Positions 1-8,605 are shown, numbered from the stretch's first letter. The stretch: DNA of 64,000 bases from a bacterium (GCA_016699105.1 CP064960.1:875696-939695); one strand, 5' to 3'. Made by a program: numbers and translations. Notes: generated from the sequence alone by a model not told the origin.

Positions 1-235
1 AAATTGTCGAAATTTGCATCACCTTCAGATTTCAGTCGTTTAACAAGGGTCTTGAGCATTCCTTCGGGAATATCCATTGAAAATTGGTCTCTAACTTTTG
101 CTCGGATTTCCTCAAGAGTTTGGCCATCCTGATCTAGGACTTGCGGTACAAAATATGAGAACGCAGAGATAAAGTCATTCTGCGCTTCATAGAACGCCTT
201 TATTGCAGCGAGGGTTATTAGTGAGTTAGCCAAGA
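1..235 (-). CDS. Partial hypothetical protein; N-terminal ~78 aa, the gene continues beyond the window start.
   Basis: The reverse strand reads open from a TTG at 233-235 to position 1. It encodes LANSLITLAAIKAFYEAQNDFISAFSYFVPQVLDQDGQTLEEIRAKV... This ORF is not in the track because it runs off the edge. Confidence 0.35.
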
Positions 236-290
236 ATGCTTACCTTTTGGTCAATTATACGCGCATGACCCACAGGTTGTTTACAGAATT

Positions 291-345
291 CCTCTCCACT
301 GCCTTCTCATTCTAAGGGCGAACCAAAAACCGTCTAGATCGTTCC
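291..345 (-). promoter_or_regulatory. Copy 1 of a ~55-nt paralogous repeat with promoter-like boxes on the minus strand (TAGACG-16 nt-TAGAAT).
   Basis: cctctccactgccttctcattctaagggcgaaccaaaaaccgtctagatcgttcc is about 80% identical to 3310-3364. Its reverse complement gives -35/-10-like hexamers that point toward the partial gene at 1-235. Confidence 0.4.
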
Positions 346-544
346 GGCTCGTGCAGCAACATACACTAAACGGGCCTTTTCAGCCCATATATTCGATAGT
401 GATTGCACCGCAGAACTCAAGTTAGGCTCCACGCACACAGCTATACACCGCTATTTATAGCGGTAATGTATTAACCGAGTACCATGCGAACAGCGATATC
501 GATGCACACTCGGTCATGAACTTTCAGCATTTTTACTGCACCCA

Positions 545-1371
545 TCAATTGCGTAACAGACCTTTCCCAAGGGCAAACTCTGACTCACCCATTGAGATTT
601 CTTCAGCCCGCAATAATCTGCTGGCCTGACTGTCCTGAGTTAGCATTTGAGTTTGCCTGAATTCGTTTCGTTCGCAGACGCTGACGATGATTGCTAGGAT
701 AACGGAAAGTTGCCATCCGATTTGGGCCGACCCTTCTTCATGGATGTCTTGATAAAATTTACGATAGTTCTGGCTATCATTAATCACATGATTAGCTGCG
801 TTATAGCGTAACAGGGAGTAGTTGTCCTTGAAGAATGAGATTACGTCGGGGCCAAGTTTAATACCGCCTTTGCGATTTCTGTGCCGCAGGGCGCTTAAAC
901 CAATCACTTACGGTACTGTCTGTGGGGTTAGAATCTTTTGGTATGCGAAAATGATGCCCGCGATATCAACATGGAACTCATAGAACTGTTTTGCAGAGGC
1001 GATGTTTAGAAGTGCTTCCTCAAATCCTTTTTGCAGTCAGCGTTGTTTTAACCTCGATCGCAGCAATGACGGCTTTAGGCGTCACAACTCGAACTCCCCT
1101 CTTGGAATATGTAAGCGGCGGGCACGTTCTCATCAATGATCAAGATATCAACTTGTTTGCTGACATGCTCACTGTCCTGATAAATGAATCCGGTTTTCAC
1201 CGAGTATCGTTTCGAAAGAAAATTGCGAAGGACAGTCCTGAGTATCTCTTCATGGTAATCGCCATTGATGCCACCATGGTTAACCAGTTTAGCGAGACGC
1301 TGGAACTTCCCCATCATCTCGGCCGCAAAGCTATCGTAATAGGATATTTCAGCCGATTTTATATTTGCCAA
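545..1371 (-). pseudogene. PD-(D/E)xK-like (DUF6602-like) protein, split into at least 4 frame segments by apparent indels.
   Basis: The N-terminal piece 1075-1371 reads SYYDSFAAEMMGKFQRLAKLVNHGG...DILIIDENVPAAYIFQEG. Shifted frames between 907 and 1075 then give ...VIAAIEVKTTLTAKRI... and ...IASAKQFYEFHVDIAGIIFAYQKIL... This supplies the D...E-V-K restriction-endonuclease-like motif. The C-terminal piece is 545-907. Confidence 0.4.
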
Positions 1372-1435
1372 TGTCTGTACCCTTTACGGTTTCCGCGTTA
1401 TTCATCAATTCTACCTCATTCAGATTGGCCGGTGA

Positions 1436-3037
1436 TCATTTAATGCCCTCAAGCATTAAACGTGCCAGCTCGCGCATAACCCCCAAATCGTTTCTGGTAG
1501 TCTGGTAGTCCGCAACGCTGTCAGGGTTATGAGTGACCTTTTTCTTCTTGAAGTCATAGACGGCGTGAGCAATCGCGACCCTACCGCTCGTATACAGGTA
1601 TTGCCCGGCGTTGCGCCCCTGGGGCGCAATCATGACGTTATACCAGTCTAGCCCCTTGTCTTTGCATAGTTGCTCAACGCACTGATTAATCCAGGCGATA
1701 ATCCTGGCGCCATCATCATCAAATGCAAGCTCGATGACTTTGTAATAGTTTAGGAAAGCATAATAAATACTGAGCGAGCTTACTGCCTCTCTAATGAAGG
1801 CAAGGGCGTACCATCGCTTTTCTGAATACTTGGTTGGGTCGTCTTGGGGTAATGCGTAGGTGGGGTCGATCAGCTGATAAACGGGGATGCGATAATCTTT
1901 TATCCAGGGCAGGTATCTGATTTGCTGGAGACTAATTAGGCGCTCTGAGAGCTGCACCTCATGCTCAATATTCAGGACACTGAGGAATTTTCTGGCAATC
2001 TCAATCCCATCGCTGCCATCCTCGTCATGACACGGGACGATGATAATGGGTTGAGTAAATGCGCTCCCATTAACCCAGCGAACCTTGCGGCCAAGAAAAT
2101 CGAAATACACTTCCGGCTCTTCGCCAAGCAAAATATTGCTGACTACTGGTATCTCCAATTGCCAACGGTAGCCCTTAAACGCGGACTCCCATCGTACCCG
2201 TTCATTATCTGATGGGATGATCGGGACAATTTTTTGGCCTGGTTCCCCATTCTTAAACGGTAGGTTCATGATTAGATCGGAGCTGAGCCAGTCGGGGTTG
2301 CTGTAAGGGCTGCGCGGATGCCATTGAAGCGGCACATACTCGAACGGGTTTGGCATAACCCAGTTCCAGTTGAGGTAACTCGTACTTCCACCGTTATCAT
2401 AAAGAACACAGCTTACCTTGGTGGCAAAATATTTCGGGTGATGTTGATATTCGTAGGCAATGTCGAACAAGGCGATGTATCGAAGAATGTAATACAGACG
2501 GCCGTATCGCATTTGGGCATCATTGGTATAGAACTGTAGTTTCTCTTCGGCCGGAGTTTTGAGGCCATGAACCCGGACAAGCTGCCCGTTCTCCTCATAG
2601 AAGTAGTTGCCCTGATCGTCACGTTGCACTTCCTGGTTGTCGTAGCCGACAAACCGGCGCGGGTTAGCCGGCGAGAGATCGCCCAGATTTGCGATAATGA
2701 AGTCGCGTATTACGTCCCAATCGATTGTGGTACTACCATCCCCAGCGCTTAACATTTCCAGAAGCTCGATGAGTTTCTGGACTGGAGGTTCCACTCCATG
2801 ACTGTAATGGCCATACCGCTCGAACAATTCTTTGGCTGCTTGATGCCAAGTACTTTCTGGGTGGACGGCCGGGCCGTTTCCGTCCCCAATATCTTTGATA
2901 AGAGCCCGGAATACAGCGCGATAGTCATCATTCTTTTTGAGTTCAGCGACGAGGGCTTTGGTTTTCGTCTTTATGTCGGGCTTAATGAACCCACCGCGAT
3001 ACCGGAGAAAAATACCCGTATCTGAACTCTCGGTCAT
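1436..3037 (-). CDS. 533-aa hypothetical protein with a C-terminal HEPN-like motif (RVAIAH, Rx4H); possible abortive-infection-type RNase.
   Basis: This is a long intact ORF with a GGGGG Shine-Dalgarno 9 nt upstream of its ATG. The C-terminal region reads ...YLYTSGRVAIAHAVYDF..., which fits Rx4-6H. No other recognisable catalytic motif was found. Confidence 0.6.
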   Translation of the reverse strand: MTESSDTGIFLRYRGGFIKPDIKTKTKALVAELKKNDDYRAVFRALIKDIGDGNGPAVHPESTWHQAAKELFERYGHYSHGVEPPVQKLIELLEMLSAGDGSTTIDWDVIRDFIIANLGDLSPANPRRFVGYDNQEVQRDDQGNYFYEENGQLVRVHGLKTPAEEKLQFYTNDAQMRYGRLYYILRYIALFDIAYEYQHHPKYFATKVSCVLYDNGGSTSYLNWNWVMPNPFEYVPLQWHPRSPYSNPDWLSSDLIMNLPFKNGEPGQKIVPIIPSDNERVRWESAFKGYRWQLEIPVVSNILLGEEPEVYFDFLGRKVRWVNGSAFTQPIIIVPCHDEDGSDGIEIARKFLSVLNIEHEVQLSERLISLQQIRYLPWIKDYRIPVYQLIDPTYALPQDDPTKYSEKRWYALAFIREAVSSLSIYYAFLNYYKVIELAFDDDGARIIAWINQCVEQLCKDKGLDWYNVMIAPQGRNAGQYLYTSGRVAIAHAVYDFKKKKVTHNPDSVADYQTTRNDLGVMRELARLMLEGIK

Positions 3038-3140
3038 TTTTGTTTTACCCCCTAGTTACGACTATCATGCACTTTGTCCACTCGTATGTCAACGTGATTG
3101 AGGCTTCCCTAAGCATTAAAACGCTTGTGCTTTAATTCGT

Positions 3141-3177
3141 GGTTTTATATTTTTACGAGAACGCAAGACGAGACTAC
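3141..3177 (-). promoter_or_regulatory. Promoter-like element that shares a 13-nt block (cgagaacgcaaga) with the tRNA-Tyr/Thr promoter at 8606-8635.
   Basis: The reverse complement reads cTTGCGTtctcg..., the same -35 context as upstream of tRNA-Tyr. It lies about 110 nt upstream of the 533-aa gene start. Confidence 0.3.
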
Positions 3178-3309
3178 GGCAATGCTTCTCTCGCATACAA
3201 ATACCTTGAACTTGCCATCGGTTAGCAGCTTGCTAAAAAGTAATCCGAAGGCCATCTAGGGTTCAAACTAGGATATGTAACAATTCGATAACGTTAACTG
3301 AGTAAATTA

Positions 3310-3364
3310 CCTTTCCCCTGTCTTCCCATCCTAAGGGCGCGCCAAAAACCGTCAAGATCGTTCC
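3310..3364 (-). promoter_or_regulatory. Copy 2 of the paralogous repeat; its reverse complement gives TTGACG-16 nt-TAGGAT.
   Basis: About 80% identical to 291-345. It lies in the divergent intergenic region between the 533-aa gene and the DUF3768 gene. Confidence 0.4.
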
Positions 3365-3392
3365 TCCAGTAGGGGCCTCCATCTTGACGGTT
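3347..3392. repeat. Perfect 12-bp inverted repeat (aaccgtcaagat / atcttgacggtt) with a 22-nt loop.
   Basis: Read directly from the sequence. The left arm is part of repeat copy 2, and only this copy has a partner arm. It sits in the 5' region of the DUF3768 gene. Confidence 0.6.
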
Positions 3393-3467
3393 ATTTGTTC
3401 TGCCCTTGCCCCTGGAGCCAGGGCGAGAGGTCGACTCGGCCGGACATAAGAATTTAGGAGGTATTCA

Positions 3468-3782
3468 ATGAAGATTGCACACGTTACTCAAATTGCTCAC
3501 TTGAACGATACTTTCCGTAGAGGTGGTTTTGGAGTCATGGTTACAAAAGGGGTACGGGAACTTGGTGATGCGGCAGGCATTATGAGGGCAGTTCGCGAGT
3601 TTAACACTTTTTCCGAGGATAACGATCCACATGGAGAACATGATTTCGGTACCATCATGTGGTTGGGCGAGAAGCTATTCTGGAAGATTGACTACTACGA
3701 TGCAAAACTCGAGTTTGGTGAATACCCACTGTCGCAGAAGTGTCGGCGAGTACTGACCGTGATGCTCGCGAATGAGTATTAA
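3468..3782 (+). CDS. DUF3768-family protein, a plasmid/phage-associated family.
   Basis: A GGAGG Shine-Dalgarno lies 8 nt upstream. The protein contains ...DPHGEHDFGTIMWLGEKLFWKIDYYD..., which is typical of DUF3768. Confidence 0.65.
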   Translation: MKIAHVTQIAHLNDTFRRGGFGVMVTKGVRELGDAAGIMRAVREFNTFSEDNDPHGEHDFGTIMWLGEKLFWKIDYYDAKLEFGEYPLSQKCRRVLTVMLANEY

Positions 3783-3786
3783 GAAT

Positions 3787-3822
3787 TGGCCCGGGAGTCA
3801 CTGAGACTTCCGGGCCGTTTTC
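3787..3822 (+). terminator. Rho-independent terminator after the DUF3768 gene.
   Basis: ggcccgggagtc-actga-gacttccgggcc followed by gttttctt. Confidence 0.6.
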
Positions 3823-3901
3823 TTAGGTCTAGGTCCTCACGATCCCATTATGATATTGATGTACGTTAAATTTGCTCGACTCTTAAAACATTTGCGACAG
3901 T

Positions 3902-4342
3902 TTAATGCCAGAGGCTAAATATCTTCTTATCAAAGATAAGGTCGATAAGTACATATAACGCAAGGCCAATGGACATTACATCGTACGTGATTTCTTTCCA
4001 GTCTTTATCCGTATAATATAAACCAAATCTCGTGACGTACTTACCGCTATAAGTTAAGTTTCCGCCCCTAACATTATCGATGCCGTATGTTTTGATATAC
4101 CTCTTGGTAACCTTATTCTCATAATTTTCAGTTTTCTCAATGGTCGTGACCCCGAGGTCAACTGTCTGGTCAATCTTGATTGGCTTATATACCTTCGTCC
4201 ATTCTGCGGCATATAAACCATTCGCATGTTCTTTGAAGCGAGCTTCTGGCGTACGAGAGGTTATGCCAACATAGTACTTGCCCTGTTCAAGCTCTAGTAC
4301 ATATAACCAGTAGTGCTTTTCATTTTTCATTATTTTTAGCAT
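3902..4342 (-). CDS. GIY-YIG nuclease-domain protein.
   Basis: YWLYVLELEQGKYYVGITSRTPEARFKEHANG is the GIY...YIG...R...E core. The gene is AT-rich (about 36% GC), unlike the core genes. Confidence 0.8.
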   Translation of the reverse strand: MLKIMKNEKHYWLYVLELEQGKYYVGITSRTPEARFKEHANGLYAAEWTKVYKPIKIDQTVDLGVTTIEKTENYENKVTKRYIKTYGIDNVRGGNLTYSGKYVTRFGLYYTDKDWKEITYDVMSIGLALYVLIDLIFDKKIFSLWH

Positions 4343-4348
4343 AACAAA

Positions 4349-4595
4349 CTATTTTGAAGAAATCTGATCTAAGGCAGCCAGAGCGCGCGAAAGTGAGACT
4401 GTGCGCCAGATTGCATCATCACCGGCTGACATTGCTTGGAGGTCTTCTCTTGAGGTTGTGGCTAGGGTTGGCGCGTGGTGGTGTTTGTCGGCGAGCTCAC
4501 CCAGTCGCTTATGGAGGCGGTTTTGGAGTGCCTTGGTCTCGCAGACGATTATGATGGGTGGCATTTTGGGGGCTCCCGCCACACTTTTCTCCCAT
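4349..4595 (-). CDS. Small hypothetical protein (~82 aa).
   Basis: ORF MGEKCGGSPKMPPIIIVCETKALQNRL..., located between the GIY-YIG gene and the winged-helix gene. Confidence 0.35.
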
Positions 4596-4623
4596 TGTTT
4601 CTTTGTAGCGAATTCAATGTAGG

Positions 4624-5225
4624 CTAAAACTTTTTGAATGGTGACGAAAAATGGGAGCGACTCCCCCGCAATGAAGAGAAAATAGTGGTGGCTTCGGGCA
4701 TGTGCGCTTTTGCTAGTGGCCAGTGCAATGAATGCGTCTGGTAAAGGGTGGGGAAGTATTCGTAGTTTGGTGTGTTTAGATCGCTTGAGGTGAAGAGCTC
4801 TACTCTGCCTGGGTACGATGAGGTGAGGATATTGCTGGCGGCGAGTACGGATAGATTGTGAGCGATGAAGCGTTCGGCGGCGCGGGGTCGCGGCGAATGT
4901 TGTTGAGGACTTTCGGTGAGGTGTCTTCGTAGTCTCTGAGGATTTTGAATGACTTTGACAGCAAGTGATAAGAAGCTGGTTTACCCAGTAGTTTATAGTT
5001 TGGTTCGTATGTTCTTCCGATTAGTCCTTGTTCCTGTAATACGTTTAGTTTTGCGTTGATGTTTACGGTTCGTGAAAGTTGTAAGTGAGTTTTGAGTAAT
5101 TGAGCAGTGACGAAGCGGAATTTATAGATAGCAAAAAGAATGTCGAGTTGGGTTTGGTTGAGTGGTTTTCTGGTGATTTGTGCGGGTGGCATAGGTATAG
5201 TTTTTCTGAATGTATCTCTATACAT
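4624..5225 (-). CDS. Replication-relaxation-like winged-helix DNA-binding protein, probably frameshifted near 4860-4880.
   Basis: The N-terminus reads LNQTQLDILFAIYKFRFVTAQLLKTHLQLSRTVNINAKLNVLQEQGLIGRTYEP, a wHTH of the replication-relaxation type. The +1 frame stays open for about 86 codons downstream (...AAERFIAHNLSVLAAS...YEYFPTLYQTHSLHW...). The track ORF 4800-5225 ends in a Pro-rich tail that looks like junk. Confidence 0.5.
4645..4668 (-). terminator. Hairpin (gggag-tcg-ctccc) plus T-run on the minus strand.
   Basis: The reverse complement reads ggggagtcgctccc followed by atttttcg. It may overlap the 3' end of the extended winged-helix gene. Confidence 0.35.
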
Positions 5226-5444
5226 ATATATAAGTATAAAGACCTCTATACAAGACCATCTTCAGATATATTCGCTAAGCTTAACTGTTCCCCGATATTC
5301 ATCTACCAAATGACCTTAGCTCAAATGTCAACTTACTATCTCATTCTGACGACACTTTCCTTTTGCCCTTTACGCACGAACGATCATAAGTAAACTGCAA
5401 ATCGGGCGGCCTCTACTACCAGTCAACCACTGCTACATTTCGCA

Positions 5445-5490
5445 TTGCAACTATCCCACACGGGATAGTATAATTATCCCAGGAGGGATA
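5445..5490 (+). promoter_or_regulatory. Near-consensus sigma70 promoter with two palindromic operator-like sites.
   Basis: TTGCAA (5445-5450), an 18-nt spacer and TATAAT (5469-5474). The spacer is the palindrome ctatccc-acacg-ggatag (5451-5468). A second copy, tatccc-agga-gggata (5475-5490), overlaps the Shine-Dalgarno of the downstream ORF. Confidence 0.6.
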
Positions 5491-5495
5491 GCTTT

Positions 5496-5684
5496 ATGCA
5501 CGAGAGATACAGCGTTTCGGGAATCGATCTTAAACGAGTCGAGGAACTTCGACAAATTCTCGAACGTAAACAATCTCGCGTTGTGCAGATTGAAGAAGCA
5601 AGTCAGGTTGCTTCCGCATTAATCAACTTTTATGAAATCTTAGCGTTTGAAGACGAAGCGCATGATGCTCCCACGAGAACGTAG
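5496..5684 (+). CDS. Small 62-aa protein immediately upstream of the recombinase; possible regulator or directionality factor.
   Basis: A strong Shine-Dalgarno precedes it. The protein is predicted helical, acidic and charged, and sits in an operon position with the recombinase. Confidence 0.45.
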   Translation: MHERYSVSGIDLKRVEELRQILERKQSRVVQIEEASQVASALINFYEILAFEDEAHDAPTRT

Positions 5685-5710
5685 TCCAGTAATTTCGAGG
5701 GCCGGGTGGT

Positions 5711-7197
5711 ATGGATAAGCGAAAACGCACAGTAATATTAGCTCGCGTGTCGAGTAAATCCCAGGAAGATGAGGGGTATTCGCTGGATTCGCAGCTAAAG
5801 CTCCTCCAAAGCTATTGTCAGGCCAAAGGCCTCGTAGTCGAACGTGTGTTTAAGATTGCCGAGACTGCATCAAAGGAACAAGGGCGCAAGATCTTCCATG
5901 AAATGCTGGATTACATAAAATCAGAAAAATCTATCACTTAGCCGTTGAGAAAACCGATCGTCTAACGAGAAACTTCAAAGATTCTGTTGCGATAGACGAT
6001 TGGCTCGCCAAAGATGAAGACCGTATGCTTCATGCCGTAAAGGAGGGGCTTCTCTTACATAAGAACTCAAAGTCCGACGTAAAATTTATGTGGAATATCC
6101 ATTTAGCTGTCGCTAAAAAGTACACAGACAACTTGCGAGAAGAAGCTATGAAAGGCTGGGCTGAGAAGCTAGCTCAGGGCTGGCTGCCAGCTCCTCCCCG
6201 CCGGGCTATATGACGGTGACAGAATCCGGAAAGCGTATTCATATCCCTGATCGAAAACCGCCAAGATAATTCAAGGCGTTTTCGAAAGATATCTCATGCC
6301 CGGCGAATCAATCCTTACGATCACTGAATATATGAAAGCGCAGGGAATAGTTACTCGCTTCGGTCGTCCCTATGTAAAAAGTGCGGTTCAGACAATGCTT
6401 AGCAATCCATTCTACATCGGCGTAAACCGATTTGACCGACGGGATTACCCAGGCGCTCAGCAGCGTCTGATTCGCGCCCAGGTATTTGAGCAAGTTCAAA
6501 GAAGATGCACCATGGTCGACCAGTGCGCCAGCAGAAACATAACCCTGTATTCAAGGGCCTTATAACATGTCTGCTTTGTGGCGGGGCGATCACCTGGGAG
6601 CTTCAAAAGGGCAGGTTTTACGGAAAGTGCCAGAGCAGGCGCCCTGAGTGTAAAGGCCGAAAGTTCCTACGCGAAGATCGAATTGAGTCCCAGATCGTGA
6701 ATATGCTTGGTAGATTGACCTGTCCAACGGACGAAGTTGCTGAATGGGTACTGAATTGCCTGCGCGAGAAGCATCATGATGCCGCATTCCAGCGGCAGCA
6801 GGCCATTGATTCAGCTACAGCCAAATTGGACCGGTTTAAACGAATGGATGGTGAGCTTTATGACGACAAATTAGCTGGAGATATTTCAAAGGAAAGGTAT
6901 GAGGGTAAACATGAACAGTTCATAAAGGAAATCGAAGAAGCTGAGGATGTGTTAATTCGCGCCCAAAAGGGAACAAACGCATTACTTGCCGAGCGTATAC
7001 TTTTGGTGGAATTGTCCCAAAAGGCTGCCGAATTGTATGCCAGAAAATCTGCTGAGCATAAGCGTGTGATAATCAAACACCTCTTTGCTGCGCTCGCGGT
7101 TGACGAAGATTCTATTAACTTGGAGTTCACGTCGTTTGTGCAGTCGTTAGCCTCAAAAGTTCGATTAACCCATAAAATCATAGGAGTTGCGAAATGA
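5711..7197 (+). CDS. Large serine recombinase (resolvase catalytic domain, recombinase domain, zinc ribbon, coiled coil), split into 4 frame segments in this sequence.
   Basis: The N-terminus MDKRKRTVILARVSSKSQEDEGYSLDSQ is a resolvase catalytic Ser motif. Later pieces carry ...KTDRLTRN..., a recombinase domain and a Cys-rich zinc-ribbon (CLLCGGA...CQSRRPEC). The segments are 5711-5941, 6025-6213, 6296-6565 and 6505-7197. Confidence 0.75.
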
Positions 7198-7277
7198 ATT
7201 ATCGAACTAACAAAAAAGACCCCGCCAGCAGATTGGAGGAGGTCGATTCTGAGCTTGAAAAGCAATTGCGTTCTATA

Positions 7278-7353
7278 TGGCAGGGGTGGCAGGATTCGAA
7301 CCCACGACATCCGGTTTTGGAGACCGGCGCTCTACCAGCTGAGCTACACCCCT
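7278..7353 (-). tRNA. trnW: tRNA-Trp (anticodon CCA).
   Basis: The reverse complement aggggtgtagctcagctggtagagcgccggtctccaaaaccgg...cacccctgcca folds as a cloverleaf. The anticodon loop is cTCCAaa and the CCA end is encoded. Confidence 0.85.
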
Positions 7354-7381
7354 ATATGGTTTGACCGGATTATTGTAGCAT

Positions 7382-7990
7382 CTACGGACGAAGGTCACCA
7401 GGGAGTTTGGTAAGCTCGGGGATTTGCTTTTGGAACAAACTAATAATGGCGCTGGATTGACCGCCGAAATTGCCGGGGGTATTGCCGCAACTTGATGACC
7501 AGGTGCGAATGAGTGAATTGCCATCTACTTGCACCTCGTACACCATGCGCTTGCCGGTGGGACAGACACCGTCTTCGGGGCTGGTGGAACCGGCTGGGGT
7601 CACGCTCGGGCTGGGGGTGATGGATTTAGTAAACCCAGCGTTTTCGAGGGCAATCAGGAAATCTTGGAAGGCAGCTTGGTTGTTTTTGTATTGGTATGAG
7701 AATACCGGATCAGTGCCGTAGGCTTTGTAGACCCACAAATCTCGGGTGGCGGCCGTAATGCTGAAGGTTTGTTCGACGTGTGACTCCGGGGCTGTGACCG
7801 GTCCGATGATGGTCAATCGAACAGTTGTGCTGGAATTGGCCACATAATCATTCAAATTGATAACGACTGGCTTCGCCGGGGTGTTTTTGGGATTCGGCCG
7901 GGCGAGTATTTGGTAGGTCTGATAGCCACCAAAACCCAAAATGGCTACCGCTAGTAGCCCGATGAGGATTTTGAGACCAACAGGGTTCAT
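7382..7990 (-). CDS. Hypothetical membrane-anchored or secreted protein.
   Basis: N-terminal transmembrane signal LKILIGLLAVAILGFGGY. Its start codon overlaps the rpmG stop (taATG). Confidence 0.55.
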   Translation of the reverse strand: MNPVGLKILIGLLAVAILGFGGYQTYQILARPNPKNTPAKPVVINLNDYVANSSTTVRLTIIGPVTAPESHVEQTFSITAATRDLWVYKAYGTDPVFSYQYKNNQAAFQDFLIALENAGFTKSITPSPSVTPAGSTSPEDGVCPTGKRMVYEVQVDGNSLIRTWSSSCGNTPGNFGGQSSAIISLFQKQIPELTKLPGDLRP

Positions 7991-8151
7991 TACTTAGATT
8001 CTTTGAATTCCACGACCCGTTGCAGTAGCTTTGAATACTTGCGAGCCGTGATACGCCCCGTGGTATTCTTAGGATTCTTAGAGGTTGTATAAACGGTCGT
8101 AGGGTCTTCGGTGGACCGCAGGGTTATAAATGGACGATTGCGCTTAGGCAT
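7990..8151 (-). CDS. rpmG: Ribosomal protein L33.
   Basis: Hand translation gives MPKRNRPFITLRSTEDPTTVYTTSKNPKNTTGRITARKYSKLLQRVVEFKESK, which matches the L33 pattern YTT.KNK...KLEL.KYDP..R.HV.YKE.K. At 53 aa it is below the ORF-track cutoff. Confidence 0.7.
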   Translation of the reverse strand: MPKRNRPFITLRSTEDPTTVYTTSKNPKNTTGRITARKYSKLLQRVVEFKESK

Positions 8152-8152
8152 G

Positions 8153-8324
8153 TTAGTTTGATTCTCCTTCTCTTGGTATGACGGCGGCGCCGATAAAGTA
8201 AACGAATAAGCCGGGCAGCACGCCGGTGAAGACGATGGTGGTTAAGGTGACGAGACGAACGACTGACACGTCGATATTGAGGTACTCAGCGAGACCAGCA
8301 CAGAGTCCGGATACTTTTTGTCAT
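8153..8324 (-). CDS. Small PspC-domain membrane protein, frameshifted in an A5/T5 run.
   Basis: It starts MTK, then ...KVSGLCAGLAEYLNIDVSVVRLVTLTTIVFTGVLPGLFVYFIGAAVIPREGESN in the -1 frame, the classic PspC domain. Removing one A at 8315-8319 restores a continuous 57-aa ORF. Confidence 0.5.
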
Positions 8325-8381
8325 GGTTGCTGAGGTGTAGTTTTTTCATAAGACTTTCTGAGGGTATCTTGGGATTATTAC

Positions 8382-8455
8382 TGGAGCCCAAGGTGGGGAT
8401 TGAACCCACGACCCTTCCTTACCATGGAAGTGCTCTGCCACTGAGCTACTTGGGC
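8382..8455 (-). tRNA. trnT: tRNA-Thr (anticodon GGT).
   Basis: Reverse complement gcccaagtagctcagtggcagagcacttccatGGTaaggaag...ttcaatccccaccttgggctcca. Confidence 0.8.
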
Positions 8456-8498
8456 GTGTGAACTATGCTACTTTAGCATAGTATTTGCGTTTTGACAA

Positions 8499-8584
8499 TG
8501 GTGCCGGGTGAGAGATTCGAACTCCCGAAGGCGATTGCCAGCTGATTTACAGTCAGCCCTCGTTGGCCACTTGAGTAACCCGGC
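8499..8584 (-). tRNA. trnY: tRNA-Tyr (anticodon GTA) with a long variable arm.
   Basis: Reverse complement gccgggttactcaagtggccaacgagggctgactGTAaatcagc + long arm + ttcgaatctctcacccggcacca. Confidence 0.8.
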
Positions 8585-8605
8585 AGAACACGTCAAAACG
8601 AGAGT

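Noticed and set aside
1436-3037. The 533-aa island protein as a reverse transcriptase or retron component.
   Set aside because: There is no YxDD/FxDD polymerase motif and no palm-domain pattern. Only the C-terminal Rx4H motif is notable.
7273-7524. An 83-aa minus-strand ORF overlapping tRNA-Trp.
   Set aside because: It overlaps a well-folded tRNA gene and the start of a hypothetical protein. It has no ribosome binding site and a low-complexity sequence.
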